A stretch of 59,135 nt of DNA, filler included. It is 4 parts of 4 records of this genome, joined end to end, with 100 filler letters (N's around TTAATTAATTAA, not from the genome) between each part and the next. Parts side by side here need not be neighbours in the genome. Positions count along the whole stretch, not along the records: positions 1 to 29,731 come from SRR22947725_1277; 3 more parts are not named here. One strand, 5' to 3'. A program made the translations under genes and the position numbers. The stretch's first letter is position 1; each line of letters opens with the position of its first letter. The notes under the pieces were generated by a model, which worked only from the letters and a program-made list of their open reading frames with translations, was not told where the DNA came from and ran no database searches. Positions 17,620 to 27,671 of the stretch are shown here, piece by piece.

Positions 17620-19962
17620 GTGAAATTTTCGACTAAAATCTCTTTATTACTTTTCTTACTTACAAATATCTTTTTTCTAACTCTTTTTTCCTGTAAAGAA
17701 AACACTAAGAAAGCTCCCGTTTCAGAACAAGAGCAAGTCAAAAAATCAACACCTACATCTCAAGAAAAATCCGTGACTGACCCTCATGCTGGACTCGTTA
17801 AAATGGACACCTCTCTTAAAGGGGCTATGCGTTGTAAACAATGCCACGAGCAAGAATATAAAGATTGGCATGGTTCACATCACGAAATGGCCATGAAAGT
17901 CGCCACAAAAGAAACTGTTGTTGGTGATTTCAATAATGCCGAATTCACTCATAAAGGCGTCACTTCCAAGTACTATAAAAAAGGCGATGAGTTTTACGTC
18001 ACTACCCAAAATGGCAAGGGTGAAATGCAAGAATTCCACGTCACCTACACTTTCGGAATTCACCCTCTACAGCAGTACATTGTCGAATTCCCAAATGGCA
18101 GAAAACAGTGCTTGCACACAGCTTGGGATGATGTCAAAAAGCAATGGTACCACCTTTACAACGATACAGACATAGAACCTTCAGAATGGTTACATTGGTC
18201 ACACGGCAGCCAAAACTGGAATAGTATGTGTGCCGATTGTCACTCAACAGAACTCAAGAAAAACTTCGATCCCATCAAAGACGAATACTCTACGACTTAC
18301 AAAGAAATAAATGTCAGTTGTGAAGCTTGTCACGGCCCTTCTGAAGGCCATATACTCGCTAAGCTGAATCCAGAATCCGGACTTAAAAATGACGAGCTTT
18401 TTGTTGGCTTAAAAAAAGATAAAACGCCCGTTAATAAAACTGAGATCAATAAATGTGCCCGCTGCCATTCTCGACGCGCCCAAATCACAGACTATTACGA
18501 CCATACCGGTGAATTCATGGACCATTACCTACCAGAAATCCTAAGAGATCAGCTTTATCACGATGACGGCCAAATCCTCGATGAGGTTTACGTTTATGGT
18601 TCTTTTGCACAAAGTAAAATGTACCATATGAATGTTCGGTGTAGTGATTGCCACAACCCTCACTCCAACAAACTCAAACTCCAAGGCAATGCTCTTTGTA
18701 TGCAGTGCCACAGTCAAAAACCAGAAAAAGCTTACGACAGCCCAGCTCACCACTTCCATGCCGTTGGTTCAGAAGGCGCCAAGTGTGTTAACTGCCACAT
18801 GCCGGGAAAACACTACATGGGCATCGACTTCAGAAGAGATCATAGCCTGCGTATTCCAAGACCAGACCTAACAGTGAAACACGGCACTCCAAACTCTTGT
18901 AATGGCTGCCATGATGATAAAGATGCTCAATGGGCAGCTGACTCTATCATTAAACACTTCGGCGATAAAAGAGCTCCTCACTTCAGTGAAGTTCTCACTG
19001 CAGCTAGAGCCGATGACTTCAATGATCCTTCAATCTTAATCAAACTTGCCCGTGACACAACGCAACCTGCCATTGCTCGTGCGACGGCTATATGGATGAT
19101 GCAGAACTTCCCTTCTCACGAGACATTCGCTTGTGCTGCTGACATGCTGAAAGATAAAGAACCTCTTGTTCGCTTCCAAGCCATTGGTTCCTTCAATGGC
19201 CAGCCCAAAATTCAACGTAAGCCTTTAGCTGCGCTCCTTAAAGATAAAGTAAGAGCCGTTCGAATAGAAGCTGCTAACCTACTTGCTGATTTTAAAGCTG
19301 AAGAAATTGACGCCGCTTACCGCGAAGCTTTTACGGCGGCTCTCGAAGATTATAAGCGCTACCTAAACTTCCATGCCGACTCTGCTGCGGGTCAAATGAA
19401 CCTAGGTAACCTCTATACAAAACTAGAAGACCGCCCGAAAGCGATGAAGGCTTTTAAACAAGCCGTCAAAATCGACAGCTACTTCAATATGGCACGAATC
19501 AACTTAGCTTATATGCTGAGTATGGATGGTAAACTTGATGAAGCAGAAAAAATTTACCTTAAGGTGCTCGAACAAGAACCTAATTATGCAAATGCCTGGT
19601 ATAGCCTAGGTCTTCTCTACTCAGAGCAGAAACGTTTTGATAAAGCTGAAGAAGCCTTTGATAAAGCCAGTATGAGAATGCCGACTAATATCCGTATTTT
19701 TTATAACCGCGCTCTTTGCCTCCAAAAACTCGGTCGCAATGAAGATGCGGCTCGTGCCTTTGAGAGTGGTCTTCGCAACTTCCCTGGGGATAAACGGTCC
19801 CGCTACTTTACCGAAACCCTCTATGCTTTAATTCTTTTACAACTCGATATGGGCCGTAAAGACATTGCCATGAAAAATGCCGACTTCCTGAGTCAAATAG
19901 TCGGCAAGAAACATGACTACATGCGCTATATCAGCGAAAAAGTACAAGCCTTGCAAAAGTAA
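17620..19962 (+). CDS. Octaheme c-type cytochrome lipoprotein with HEAT and TPR repeats
   Basis: Lipobox LFSC; eight CxxCH motifs (CKQCH, CADCH, CEACH, CARCH, CSDCH, CMQCH, CVNCH, CNGCH); HEAT-like region, then TPRs (NLGNLY, AWYSLGLLY). Confidence 0.92.
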   Translation: MKFSTKISLLLFLLTNIFFLTLFSCKENTKKAPVSEQEQVKKSTPTSQEKSVTDPHAGLVKMDTSLKGAMRCKQCHEQEYKDWHGSHHEMAMKVATKETVVGDFNNAEFTHKGVTSKYYKKGDEFYVTTQNGKGEMQEFHVTYTFGIHPLQQYIVEFPNGRKQCLHTAWDDVKKQWYHLYNDTDIEPSEWLHWSHGSQNWNSMCADCHSTELKKNFDPIKDEYSTTYKEINVSCEACHGPSEGHILAKLNPESGLKNDELFVGLKKDKTPVNKTEINKCARCHSRRAQITDYYDHTGEFMDHYLPEILRDQLYHDDGQILDEVYVYGSFAQSKMYHMNVRCSDCHNPHSNKLKLQGNALCMQCHSQKPEKAYDSPAHHFHAVGSEGAKCVNCHMPGKHYMGIDFRRDHSLRIPRPDLTVKHGTPNSCNGCHDDKDAQWAADSIIKHFGDKRAPHFSEVLTAARADDFNDPSILIKLARDTTQPAIARATAIWMMQNFPSHETFACAADMLKDKEPLVRFQAIGSFNGQPKIQRKPLAALLKDKVRAVRIEAANLLADFKAEEIDAAYREAFTAALEDYKRYLNFHADSAAGQMNLGNLYTKLEDRPKAMKAFKQAVKIDSYFNMARINLAYMLSMDGKLDEAEKIYLKVLEQEPNYANAWYSLGLLYSEQKRFDKAEEAFDKASMRMPTNIRIFYNRALCLQKLGRNEDAARAFESGLRNFPGDKRSRYFTETLYALILLQLDMGRKDIAMKNADFLSQIVGKKHDYMRYISEKVQALQK

Positions 19963-19970
19963 GCTCAAAA

Positions 19971-19996
19971 GCCTCTCTCTTGGCAAGTGGAGAGGC
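19971..19996 (+). terminator. Probable terminator after the cytochrome gene
   Basis: GCCTCTC...GAGAGGC stem followed by a pyrimidine-rich tail. Confidence 0.55.
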
Positions 19997-20147
19997 CTTC
20001 TCTATTTTATATAGATTGATATCCCCTTATATTTTGTGTAGTATTTAAGTGTATATTATTTGCAAGCTATTAATTCCTAAGGTGTTTAGAAATTAATAAG
20101 GCGCTAATCTTCACCTTTTAAATAATTTGATCAAATGAGGTATTTTT

Positions 20148-20885
20148 GTGAGGGTGCTCGCCCTATTATTCATCCTTTCAACAACAGTTCTGGCTCAGAA
20201 GAATCTAGTCTGCCCGGTAGCCATGGATGATTATGCCTCAGATAAATATACTCTCAACTACGAAAACCAGAAAATTTCCTTTTGCTGTAAAACATGCCAA
20301 GAAGACTTCCTTAATAAGCCTCAATCATTCCTTAAAAATTTAACGACTGAAGCTCAAAATAAGGCTTTACTAGCGATCAACAGTAAATTTTCACAAACGC
20401 CAGAGCCCGTCAATAAATTCGAAAAACGGAAAACTTTTAGTAATTTTTTGGGCCGGTTTCATCCCGTAGTCATTCACTTCCCCATTGCTCTACTCTTAAC
20501 CGCCTTCTTTGCCGAAATATTATTTATTGTTTCACGTAGAAAGTTTTTTGATGCCGCGGCTTCATTCATGGTGACAACTGGTGCTCTCGGGGCCATCGTC
20601 GCCGTCATCCTTGGCTTTCTCGCTGCCAAAAGCTTTCATGCTCTCGATTCTCAAAAAGAAATGCTCAACAGTCACATGTGGCAAGGCTGCAGTGCTGCCG
20701 TATTGGCCTCAATTACAGCTTTCCTGCGATTTAGCGCTCACCGAAAACACCGAAGAATATACGGTAGTGGCAGCCAGACAAGTAAAGCCTATCGCCTTTT
20801 CTTACTCGTAACAGTTATACTCATAATAATGACTGCCCATTTAGGTGGCACTCTTATATATGGCCAAGACTATTTTAGCTGGTAA
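20148..20885 (+). CDS. YHS/TRASH domain fused to DUF2231 membrane domain
   Basis: Signal peptide; CPV...FCCKTC...F..P (YHS); HPVVIHFPI, H.WQG, TAHLGG.LIYG with four TMs. Confidence 0.85.
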   Translation: MRVLALLFILSTTVLAQKNLVCPVAMDDYASDKYTLNYENQKISFCCKTCQEDFLNKPQSFLKNLTTEAQNKALLAINSKFSQTPEPVNKFEKRKTFSNFLGRFHPVVIHFPIALLLTAFFAEILFIVSRRKFFDAAASFMVTTGALGAIVAVILGFLAAKSFHALDSQKEMLNSHMWQGCSAAVLASITAFLRFSAHRKHRRIYGSGSQTSKAYRLFLLVTVILIIMTAHLGGTLIYGQDYFSW

Positions 20886-20929
20886 ATGGAAACTCCATCA
20901 TACTTTAGCTGACTGGAATTAATAAAAAA

Positions 20930-22123
20930 TTAAAAGTAATAGGCCAAAGTAAATAAAACAAAAGTATGCCAATCTGCATTACCACTGCCTTCTGCGAAAC
21001 CATTAGGAAATGTCCCTTCCCCTAAATCAGGGTGTTCTCTAAGAAGATAGACTTCACTGTAAAGATACCACTTACCTATTGTCCAAACGGCTCCCGTACT
21101 AAATTGCTGGGAGTCGGTAAAATCTCCTTTATGCTTTTTAAGGTAAGAATACTCTACATAAGGCGCTACAGAACTTATAGGCCCCCAATCAACATCATAC
21201 GTTCTACTTACACTGGCAATAAATAGATCGCCTTGCTTGGCGACATTATAAGGAAATGTATCAAAATAACCAAACTGGACAATCTCATCATTATAACCAG
21301 ATGGATTCTCTAAGCTATAATCATAATGAATCCAACTTAGCTTAATACTCCAAGGTTTTAATTGACCATGATACGCCAAGCCTAAGGCATAATGCTCTCC
21401 CGTATCTCCAGTATCAGTATTGGGGATCAAACCATATTGCAAAGACAAGATATAATCACTTGACCATTCATCGCTATGTTTCTCTGTATAGGTCGAACGA
21501 AAGTTAAATTGATTTCTTTCTTTATTGGCTGATTCTCCTTCAGGCACTACATCTGCAGAATACCTCGAGCTGTGATCACTTCGCCCGTTGCTATGCCAAT
21601 CGCCCTCATCCCTTAGAAAATATCCGAAATCAAACTGCCAAAACTCATTTTCCCAAGTGTATACAAGCCCCAAATCATAATCCTCTTCAAGACCTAGATA
21701 ATAGGCCGGGCTCTCCCACCAACTATGTGTCGCATACTTTGTGATACCAAAAGGGACTAAGGTCACTCCTGCTCTAATTGAATTATTGTCATCAAACTTA
21801 TAATCCACCCAACCTTCTTTCAGGAAAGTAACCCAGGTCGCATAATCCTCGAATCTATAAAATGAATAAGTTGCAGAAGCCGTCAATGGACCGTCGGCAT
21901 AGCTCAAACTCATAGTGAACCTGTCAAAATCTACATCACCTGATCTCGTATCCGACTCGCCATAGTCTTTGTATACATACCTGTAACTCAAGCTACCATT
22001 CAGTGTAAAGTTCCCCACCTGAAATGGCTGATACGGCCAATCTGTAATCCACTTCTCCTCAGGTTCATCTGCGAAGGCGAATATTGAGGATAAAATGACT
22101 AGTAGAAAAATCCTGAATCGCAT
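20930..22123 (-). CDS. Outer-membrane beta-barrel porin (OprO/P-like)
   Basis: Signal peptide, alternating aromatic beta strands, GWVDY..RAG...VPFG, YYLGLEEDYDLG, terminal aromatic residue (AYYF). Confidence 0.8.
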   Translation of the reverse strand: MRFRIFLLVILSSIFAFADEPEEKWITDWPYQPFQVGNFTLNGSLSYRYVYKDYGESDTRSGDVDFDRFTMSLSYADGPLTASATYSFYRFEDYATWVTFLKEGWVDYKFDDNNSIRAGVTLVPFGITKYATHSWWESPAYYLGLEEDYDLGLVYTWENEFWQFDFGYFLRDEGDWHSNGRSDHSSRYSADVVPEGESANKERNQFNFRSTYTEKHSDEWSSDYILSLQYGLIPNTDTGDTGEHYALGLAYHGQLKPWSIKLSWIHYDYSLENPSGYNDEIVQFGYFDTFPYNVAKQGDLFIASVSRTYDVDWGPISSVAPYVEYSYLKKHKGDFTDSQQFSTGAVWTIGKWYLYSEVYLLREHPDLGEGTFPNGFAEGSGNADWHTFVLFTLAYYF

Positions 22124-22155
22124 CGTAAAGCCCCTCTATATTTTAAGAGGCTACA

Positions 22156-22171
22156 CGCAAAGATCAGGCCT
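22156..22171 (-). promoter_or_regulatory. Candidate sigma-54 (-24/-12) promoter of the porin gene
   Basis: Minus strand AGGCCTGATCTTTGCG = GG-N10-GC with TTGC, about 35 bp upstream of the ATG and its GAGGGG SD. Confidence 0.45.
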
Positions 22172-22295
22172 AAAGGCCTAAACTTAGACCGAGAATTTCT
22201 GCAGAGGAGGCTCTTGTACAGGTTCTATAATAATGTTACTAACTCCATTTTTAATAAAATGAATGCAGCATAATCTTGACCAAACTCAATTCTCA

Positions 22296-22328
22296 AGAGA
22301 AAGCAGCTTACAAAAAGCTTCTTTCTCT
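22296..22328 (-). terminator. Hairpin downstream of rhlE
   Basis: AGAGAAAG-C-AGCTT / AAGCT-T-CTTTCTCT inverted repeat. Confidence 0.55.
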
Positions 22329-22363
22329 CAATTTATGAGGAAGTATTTTCTTTATGGGAAAAA

Positions 22364-23674
22364 TTACTTCTGATTCTTTTTAGCCTGCTTTTTCTTGCGC
22401 CACCAAGGAGACTTGCCAGTTTTAGCCCTAGACTTCTGGCCGCCCTGTCTATTCGATTCTTGGTCGCCTTGCTTATTTGACTGAGAACTCTTTGGTGAAT
22501 GGCCTGACTGCCCCGAACGAGCGTTGTGGTCTAACTCTTTTTCTGATTTAGAGTAACCCTTGACAAACTTAACAGGGATATCCTTTTTCATCAGCCTTTG
22601 AATAGCCTTTAAAAGCTTGGCCTCATCCTCAGAAACAAGTGATACGGCTTCGCCGCTACAACCAGCACGACCTGTTCGGCCAATGCGGTGAACATAATCT
22701 TCGGCAACTTGTGGCAACTCAAAGTTTACAACATGTGGCAAGCGATCAATATCTAAACCACGAGCGGCTATATCTGTTGCCACCAAGGCCCTAACTTTAT
22801 TTGCTTTAAAAGCCGCTAAAGCCTTAGTACGAGCCGACTGACTTTTATTGCCATGAATAGCAGCTGAAGTTATACCTTCTTTATCCAGTTGCTGAGCGAG
22901 TCGATTGGCGCCATGCTTCGTTCTCGTAAAAACTAAAACCTGATGCCAGTCGCCTTCTTTTATTAATTGAGCTAAAAGAATTCTCTTCTTTGCTTTAGTG
23001 ACGTGATAAACAGCCTGATCCACTGTCTCTGCCGCAGTATTTTGACGAGCCACTTCAACAAGTTTGGGCTTGGTTAAAATCGTATCTGAAAGTTCTTTTA
23101 TTTCTTTTGAATAAGTTGCCGAGAAAAATAAAGTCTGTCGCTTTCTAGGGACTAATTTTATGATTTTACGGATGTCGTGAATAAAACCCATATCCAACAT
23201 ACGGTCGGCTTCATCCAAAATTAAATGCTCAATGCGCGATAAATCCAAAGACTTCTGGCCAGCTAAATCAAGTAAACGCCCCGGGGTTCCAATAACAATA
23301 TCAACGCCTTTACGAAGACGGTCTTTTTGAGGATTTATACCAACTCCACCAAAAATAATCGTTGAACGAATCTTAAGACCTTTACCATAGGTCTCTACAG
23401 ATTCTCCTACCTGAGCAGCGAGTTCTCTAGTAGGAGCTAGAATGAGAGCCCGTGGGCGATGACCACCGGGATGGTCACTAGTACTTAACAAATGCAGTAA
23501 TGGTAAAGTAAAAGCTGCCGTTTTACCTGTGCCAGTTTGGGCTCCAGCTAAAATATCGCCGCCCTTTAAAATAATGGGTATGGATTGTTCTTGAATAGGA
23601 GTCGGCTTGACATAGCCTTGAAATTTTATTCCTGTGAGTATTTCCGGGCGTAAGCCCAATTCATCAAATGACAT
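22364..23674 (-). CDS. rhlE: DEAD-box ATP-dependent RNA helicase, RhlE-like
   Basis: Start MSFDELGL; Q motif [39 protein letters not shown]; basic disordered tail. Confidence 0.93.
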   Translation of the reverse strand: MSFDELGLRPEILTGIKFQGYVKPTPIQEQSIPIILKGGDILAGAQTGTGKTAAFTLPLLHLLSTSDHPGGHRPRALILAPTRELAAQVGESVETYGKGLKIRSTIIFGGVGINPQKDRLRKGVDIVIGTPGRLLDLAGQKSLDLSRIEHLILDEADRMLDMGFIHDIRKIIKLVPRKRQTLFFSATYSKEIKELSDTILTKPKLVEVARQNTAAETVDQAVYHVTKAKKRILLAQLIKEGDWHQVLVFTRTKHGANRLAQQLDKEGITSAAIHGNKSQSARTKALAAFKANKVRALVATDIAARGLDIDRLPHVVNFELPQVAEDYVHRIGRTGRAGCSGEAVSLVSEDEAKLLKAIQRLMKKDIPVKFVKGYSKSEKELDHNARSGQSGHSPKSSQSNKQGDQESNRQGGQKSRAKTGKSPWWRKKKQAKKNQK

Positions 23675-23814
23675 AGTGTATTTCCTGTTATGCGCCTGAT
23701 CTACGTAAAGTGACCGACCCTCAAGGCATTTATTATTAACACCGACTGTAAATCTCAGTCTGGACAAAACAGGTATTGAATCGGAAATACCAGTAAGGGG
23801 CCGCTAACATAGCA
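23675..23814 (-). promoter_or_regulatory. Promoter and structured 5' leader of rhlE
   Basis: Extended -10 TGCTATGTT (23814-23806); hairpins GGTATT/AATACC and GACTG/CAGTC; CCTGTT can pair with AACAGG at the SD. Confidence 0.5.
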
Positions 23815-23991
23815 TACTCCCGTCAATTGCAAGATAAGATACGACAAATCAGCCTCTAGTCATAATATTTCCAAATAATAAATGATTAATTTAAATTTAA
23901 TTTACTTCACTGGTGAGCGACTTTTATTTGGGCCTTTATAATTATAGCTGAAACTATATTAAATTTTAACACAGGACAAGACCTTTTCATT

Positions 23992-24819
23992 ATGAGCCAT
24001 GTAATTGCCCCTGAAGTCACTATAGACGCCACTCCCCTCCTTCTCGAACTTTGCTCAGATGACTTCAATTTAGAATCTCTCAATCTAACTGTCGAAGAAT
24101 TAGATTCCGCGGCTGAGGCCATAAAAGAAGCCTGTAGTGTCTCTACCAAAGCGATTAACAATGCAAAAACAAACATCCTTTTAGCCTATATGTCTGCACC
24201 CAATTGCCGTCGTTGGCTCAAAAAAGAGTTCTCGGATCGCGTCGATTGTGATGGACAACTGCTCTCAAAAATTGCCCGCGGTGCTGGTTTTCGTTTCTAT
24301 ACCAATGAAAAACTCGTTGTTGAAGACATGGAAAATAATGGAGAAGAAACTCCTAGCGATGAAGTCACTCAGAGAACCGGTGTTCCTGAAAAGACCGTAG
24401 AGCGCATCAAAAATAAGATTAAAAAGAAAAGAGAAGAGGCTTTCATCGCCCAACAAGCCGAACTCGAAGAAGCCATAAATAGTGATAAGACGACGGAAGA
24501 AGTCACAACTCCACAGCCGACTGCTCTAGAAGTTAAAATTGCCGAAATGAGCCAGGAAGCGGAAGCTCGCGAAAGCGCTCCTTCTAAAAATGAAGCTACA
24601 GACATTCAGCCGATTGCCGATACTAATGACGCTAACGAACCTGAAGTTGACAAAGCCAAGGCTTTACCCAGTATTGACCATGTCCAAGCAATCACCACAC
24701 AGGTTAAGACACAGGTTGAAGAAACGTACCAAAAAGAAATCGACAATTTAAAAAATCAACTGAGTGAAAAAGATGCCGAGATTGCTCGCCTAAAAGCCCT
24801 ACTAGATGGCAACTCTTAA
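23992..24819 (+). CDS. Hypothetical protein with HTH-like segment, acidic linker and C-terminal coiled coil
   Basis: 275-aa ORF with ACAGGA SD; SDEVTQRTGVPEKTVERIK; EIDNLKNQLSEKDAEIARLKA. Confidence 0.75.
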   Translation: MSHVIAPEVTIDATPLLLELCSDDFNLESLNLTVEELDSAAEAIKEACSVSTKAINNAKTNILLAYMSAPNCRRWLKKEFSDRVDCDGQLLSKIARGAGFRFYTNEKLVVEDMENNGEETPSDEVTQRTGVPEKTVERIKNKIKKKREEAFIAQQAELEEAINSDKTTEEVTTPQPTALEVKIAEMSQEAEARESAPSKNEATDIQPIADTNDANEPEVDKAKALPSIDHVQAITTQVKTQVEETYQKEIDNLKNQLSEKDAEIARLKALLDGNS

Positions 24820-24833
24820 GGGAAGTTGACTAA

Positions 24834-25574
24834 ATGAATACAAAAATACCCAGTAAATGGGCCATACCCAACAAACTTAAAAAGCGCTTTGGTAAAAATG
24901 GCGTGGGTAAGCAAAGAGCCATGTTTTATGAAGGTCACTTGCTCATTATACTTCATTCGCCCCCGAAGGATTCAGAATCTGAAAGGCACGCCATCATTTT
25001 CTGGCGAGATCCTTCAGGAGCGTGGCAGGACTCAAAAAGCGGTAAAAACATGCACCACTTACGGCTCCACATTGAAGAGTTTTCGGAAATCGAAGAGAAC
25101 TTAAGTCAGAAGTACGATAGCGCCTCTTTACCAGAACATTACTTCGATCTTCTCGAAGGCTTAACACCCTTAGTAAGATCAGCTCAAAACATGACCAATA
25201 CTTTACAGCAAAGCCGTGAATTTGTTGAAGATGAAGACATCATTGACTTGCGAGACCGCTGTCAACAAATTTCTAGGGAATTCGATATCCTCTATACCGA
25301 TTGCCGTCACGGACTGGATTATCAGGTCGCCAAAAGAGCCGAAGAGCAAGCAAGATACTCAATGGAAACAAGTCGAAGTACAGACCGACTCAATATCTTG
25401 GTGGCTATTTTCTTACCCATCACTGCTATCTCAGGTATATTTGGCATGAACTTAAAAAGCGGTTTAGAAGACATACCCGCCTCTTTTTCCTGGCTAATAA
25501 TGATCGGCTCATTCGTACTCGGCTTCGCAGTTAAGTCTTGGGTCGTTTCCTCAAAAGAAGCCGATAAAAAATAG
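24834..25574 (+). CDS. CorA/ZntB-family divalent cation transporter-like protein (short)
   Basis: Long stalk helices, then FLPITAISGIFGMN signature and a second TM. Confidence 0.8.
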   Translation: MNTKIPSKWAIPNKLKKRFGKNGVGKQRAMFYEGHLLIILHSPPKDSESERHAIIFWRDPSGAWQDSKSGKNMHHLRLHIEEFSEIEENLSQKYDSASLPEHYFDLLEGLTPLVRSAQNMTNTLQQSREFVEDEDIIDLRDRCQQISREFDILYTDCRHGLDYQVAKRAEEQARYSMETSRSTDRLNILVAIFLPITAISGIFGMNLKSGLEDIPASFSWLIMIGSFVLGFAVKSWVVSSKEADKK

Positions 25575-25575
25575 T

Positions 25576-25983
25576 CTATTCACCAAGCTTTAAAATTTTC
25601 TCTTCAGACGCAGTCAGAGCTTCCGCATTCAAAGCCTTCATTTTGACCAAAATAGCAGCCTGCTCCTTAAGCGCTAAGCCAGGATCTCCTGCTAAAGCCC
25701 TATAACACTTAACAAGCTGCTCACTAATCAGCGGCTCGCGTTCTGGGTTCGCCTTATGGGCTTCATAGAAAGCTTCAATTTCCTTAGTGACTTCTTCTAA
25801 GTTCTTATTACCGTCTGTAAAAGACTCATCTAAATTAGCCACCAGAGCATTATAATTATTTCTATAGGTAAATTCATGCATAAAGAACCAACCCAAGTAG
25901 CCTATTGCAGCTGCGAACAAGACTAAATACACAAAAGACTTAAATGAACTTTTTTTCTTTTTGGTTCGTTTCGAACGACTCAT
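25576..25983 (-). CDS. Single-TM hypothetical protein
   Basis: Basic N-terminus, TM, helical domain; GAGGA SD. Confidence 0.7.
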   Translation of the reverse strand: MSRSKRTKKKKSSFKSFVYLVLFAAAIGYLGWFFMHEFTYRNNYNALVANLDESFTDGNKNLEEVTKEIEAFYEAHKANPEREPLISEQLVKCYRALAGDPGLALKEQAAILVKMKALNAEALTASEEKILKLGE

Positions 25984-26129
25984 AATTTCCTCATACTAAT
26001 AATTTCAGTCACCAAAATAACTCACTCCCAAAAAATAACTAATCAATGATCCTAAATTACAGTAAAAGCTAAATAAAAATCCTTTAACAGGAACACTCGA
26101 AGTCCTAATCGACAATTACTTTGATATAC

Positions 26130-26158
26130 AAAAAAGGCCCACTTAAATAGTGAGCCTT
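26130..26158 (-). terminator. Terminator of the FKBP gene
   Basis: Minus strand AAGGCTCACT-ATTTA-AGTGGGCCTT followed by TTTT. Confidence 0.75.
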
Positions 26159-26179
26159 CAGAAAAATGTGAGTTATGTA

Positions 26180-26863
26180 TTATTTCTTTTTAATAGCAAT
26201 CAACTCTACATCAAAAATCAATGTCGCATTTGCAGGAATTCTTGGAGGAGCTCCACGTTCGCCGTAAGCAAGATTACCTGGAATTTTAAACCTGTACTTA
26301 GATCCAATAGTCATCAACTGTAAGCCTTCTGTCCAACCTGGAATAACCTGACTAAGACCAAAAGTTGCCGGTTGACCACGATCGACTGAGCTATCAAATT
26401 TAGCTCCATCTGTTAAGTAACCCGTGTAATGGACCGTGACTGTATCTTCTGCTTTAGGTTTATCTCCACTGCCTTCTTTAATGACTTTATACTCAAGTCC
26501 TGATGCTGTCTTAGTAAGAGTCTCTGTCATGAAACCCTTTAGTTCATCCATGTTAGCTTTTTTTTGTTCGTCCTGAATGACTTTAAATGCGGCTTGAAAC
26601 GTAGCTTGATCAACGGGGTTTTCCCCTCCTTCAACAGCTGCCTTAATAGCAGTCAAAAACTTATCCATATCGACAAACTTCTTCTGACTCGAAAGCTGAC
26701 TTCCAATATTATAACCGTAAAAAGAGCTGACGGTCTTTACTGCTTCTTCAAGAGTGGGTGCAGGGGCAGCTGGTGCTACTTTAGGAGCTTCTTGTGCATT
26801 CGCTAACAAAGCGGAACCAAGAAAACATACACCCAAAGCTTTCTTAAAATTATTTACATTCAT
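26180..26863 (-). CDS. fkpA: Periplasmic FKBP-type peptidyl-prolyl isomerase (FkpA/Mip-like)
   Basis: Signal peptide, FKBP_N-like helices, [34 protein letters not shown]. Confidence 0.9.
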   Translation of the reverse strand: MNVNNFKKALGVCFLGSALLANAQEAPKVAPAAPAPTLEEAVKTVSSFYGYNIGSQLSSQKKFVDMDKFLTAIKAAVEGGENPVDQATFQAAFKVIQDEQKKANMDELKGFMTETLTKTASGLEYKVIKEGSGDKPKAEDTVTVHYTGYLTDGAKFDSSVDRGQPATFGLSQVIPGWTEGLQLMTIGSKYRFKIPGNLAYGERGAPPRIPANATLIFDVELIAIKKK

Positions 26864-26961
26864 TCGTAATCCTTAGTTTATGTTATGGAAAGTTTTATTA
26901 TTGATATTCATAAGACTACGCCTAGTTATTAAAACAAGAGAAAATTTAAAAAAAGCCATAA

Positions 26962-27585
26962 GTGTCAAGCATGTTTCAGGATGAACTTTTCGACAAAACT
27001 TTAGAAACCCACAAATTGCAACTGGGCGAGATCCAACTTCATCGAAATCTCTTAGACTTTTCTGATAGTCTCGAGCTCTACGAAAAAATAAAACATAGCA
27101 CTAATTGGCAACAAAGTATCATTAAAATACATGGTAAAGAAATTCCCATTCCTCGTCTAAATGCGTGGTATTCTTCTGACCAATTGAGCTACAGTTATTC
27201 TGGCATTCAACTCCCCATAAATAATTGGAGTCCGCCCCTCTTAAAATTGAAGCAATTCATTGAAGATAAGCTGGAGCTAAGATTTAACTCGTGCCTATTA
27301 AACTTGTACAGAACTGGCCAAGACTCTGTCTCTTGGCATGCAGATGACGAACCGGAACTAGGCCCAGCACCGACAATAGCCTCGATTAGTCTTGGCGCTG
27401 AACGAAAATTCAGTATTCGACACAAGAGCAATCATAAGGATAAACTAAGCCTGTCACTCCCCCATAACTCACTCCTCGTGATGAAGGGAACACTCCAGCA
27501 GCTCTATGAACATCAAGTACCCAAAATGGTTAATTCCCTCGAGCCTAGATTAAATTTAACCTTCCGTAAAATCATTGATTCTTAA
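26962..27585 (+). CDS. alkB: AlkB-family (ALKBH2/3-like) 2OG-Fe(II) dioxygenase
   Basis: PRLNAWY, FNSCLLNLYR, WHADDE (HxD), HQVPK, RLNLTFR; start may be ATG at 26971. Confidence 0.9.
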   Translation: MSSMFQDELFDKTLETHKLQLGEIQLHRNLLDFSDSLELYEKIKHSTNWQQSIIKIHGKEIPIPRLNAWYSSDQLSYSYSGIQLPINNWSPPLLKLKQFIEDKLELRFNSCLLNLYRTGQDSVSWHADDEPELGPAPTIASISLGAERKFSIRHKSNHKDKLSLSLPHNSLLVMKGTLQQLYEHQVPKMVNSLEPRLNLTFRKIIDS

Positions 27586-27671
27586 AGATAAATGCCCAAA
27601 AGGATTGAATGATAATTAATCACCTTTAAGATTGTTTGAAGTTCATAACTATTACAGAAACAGGAAGAAAC

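Noticed and set aside
17620-22123. Porin-cytochrome (Mtr-like) conduit
   Set aside because: The porin is convergent, has its own candidate promoter and is much smaller than MtrB-type barrels, so there is no evidence of linkage.
23675-23767. 31-aa N-terminal extension of RhlE in the ORF track
   Set aside because: Homology begins at MSFDELGL (23674), which has its own SD; the upstream stretch is better explained as 5' UTR.
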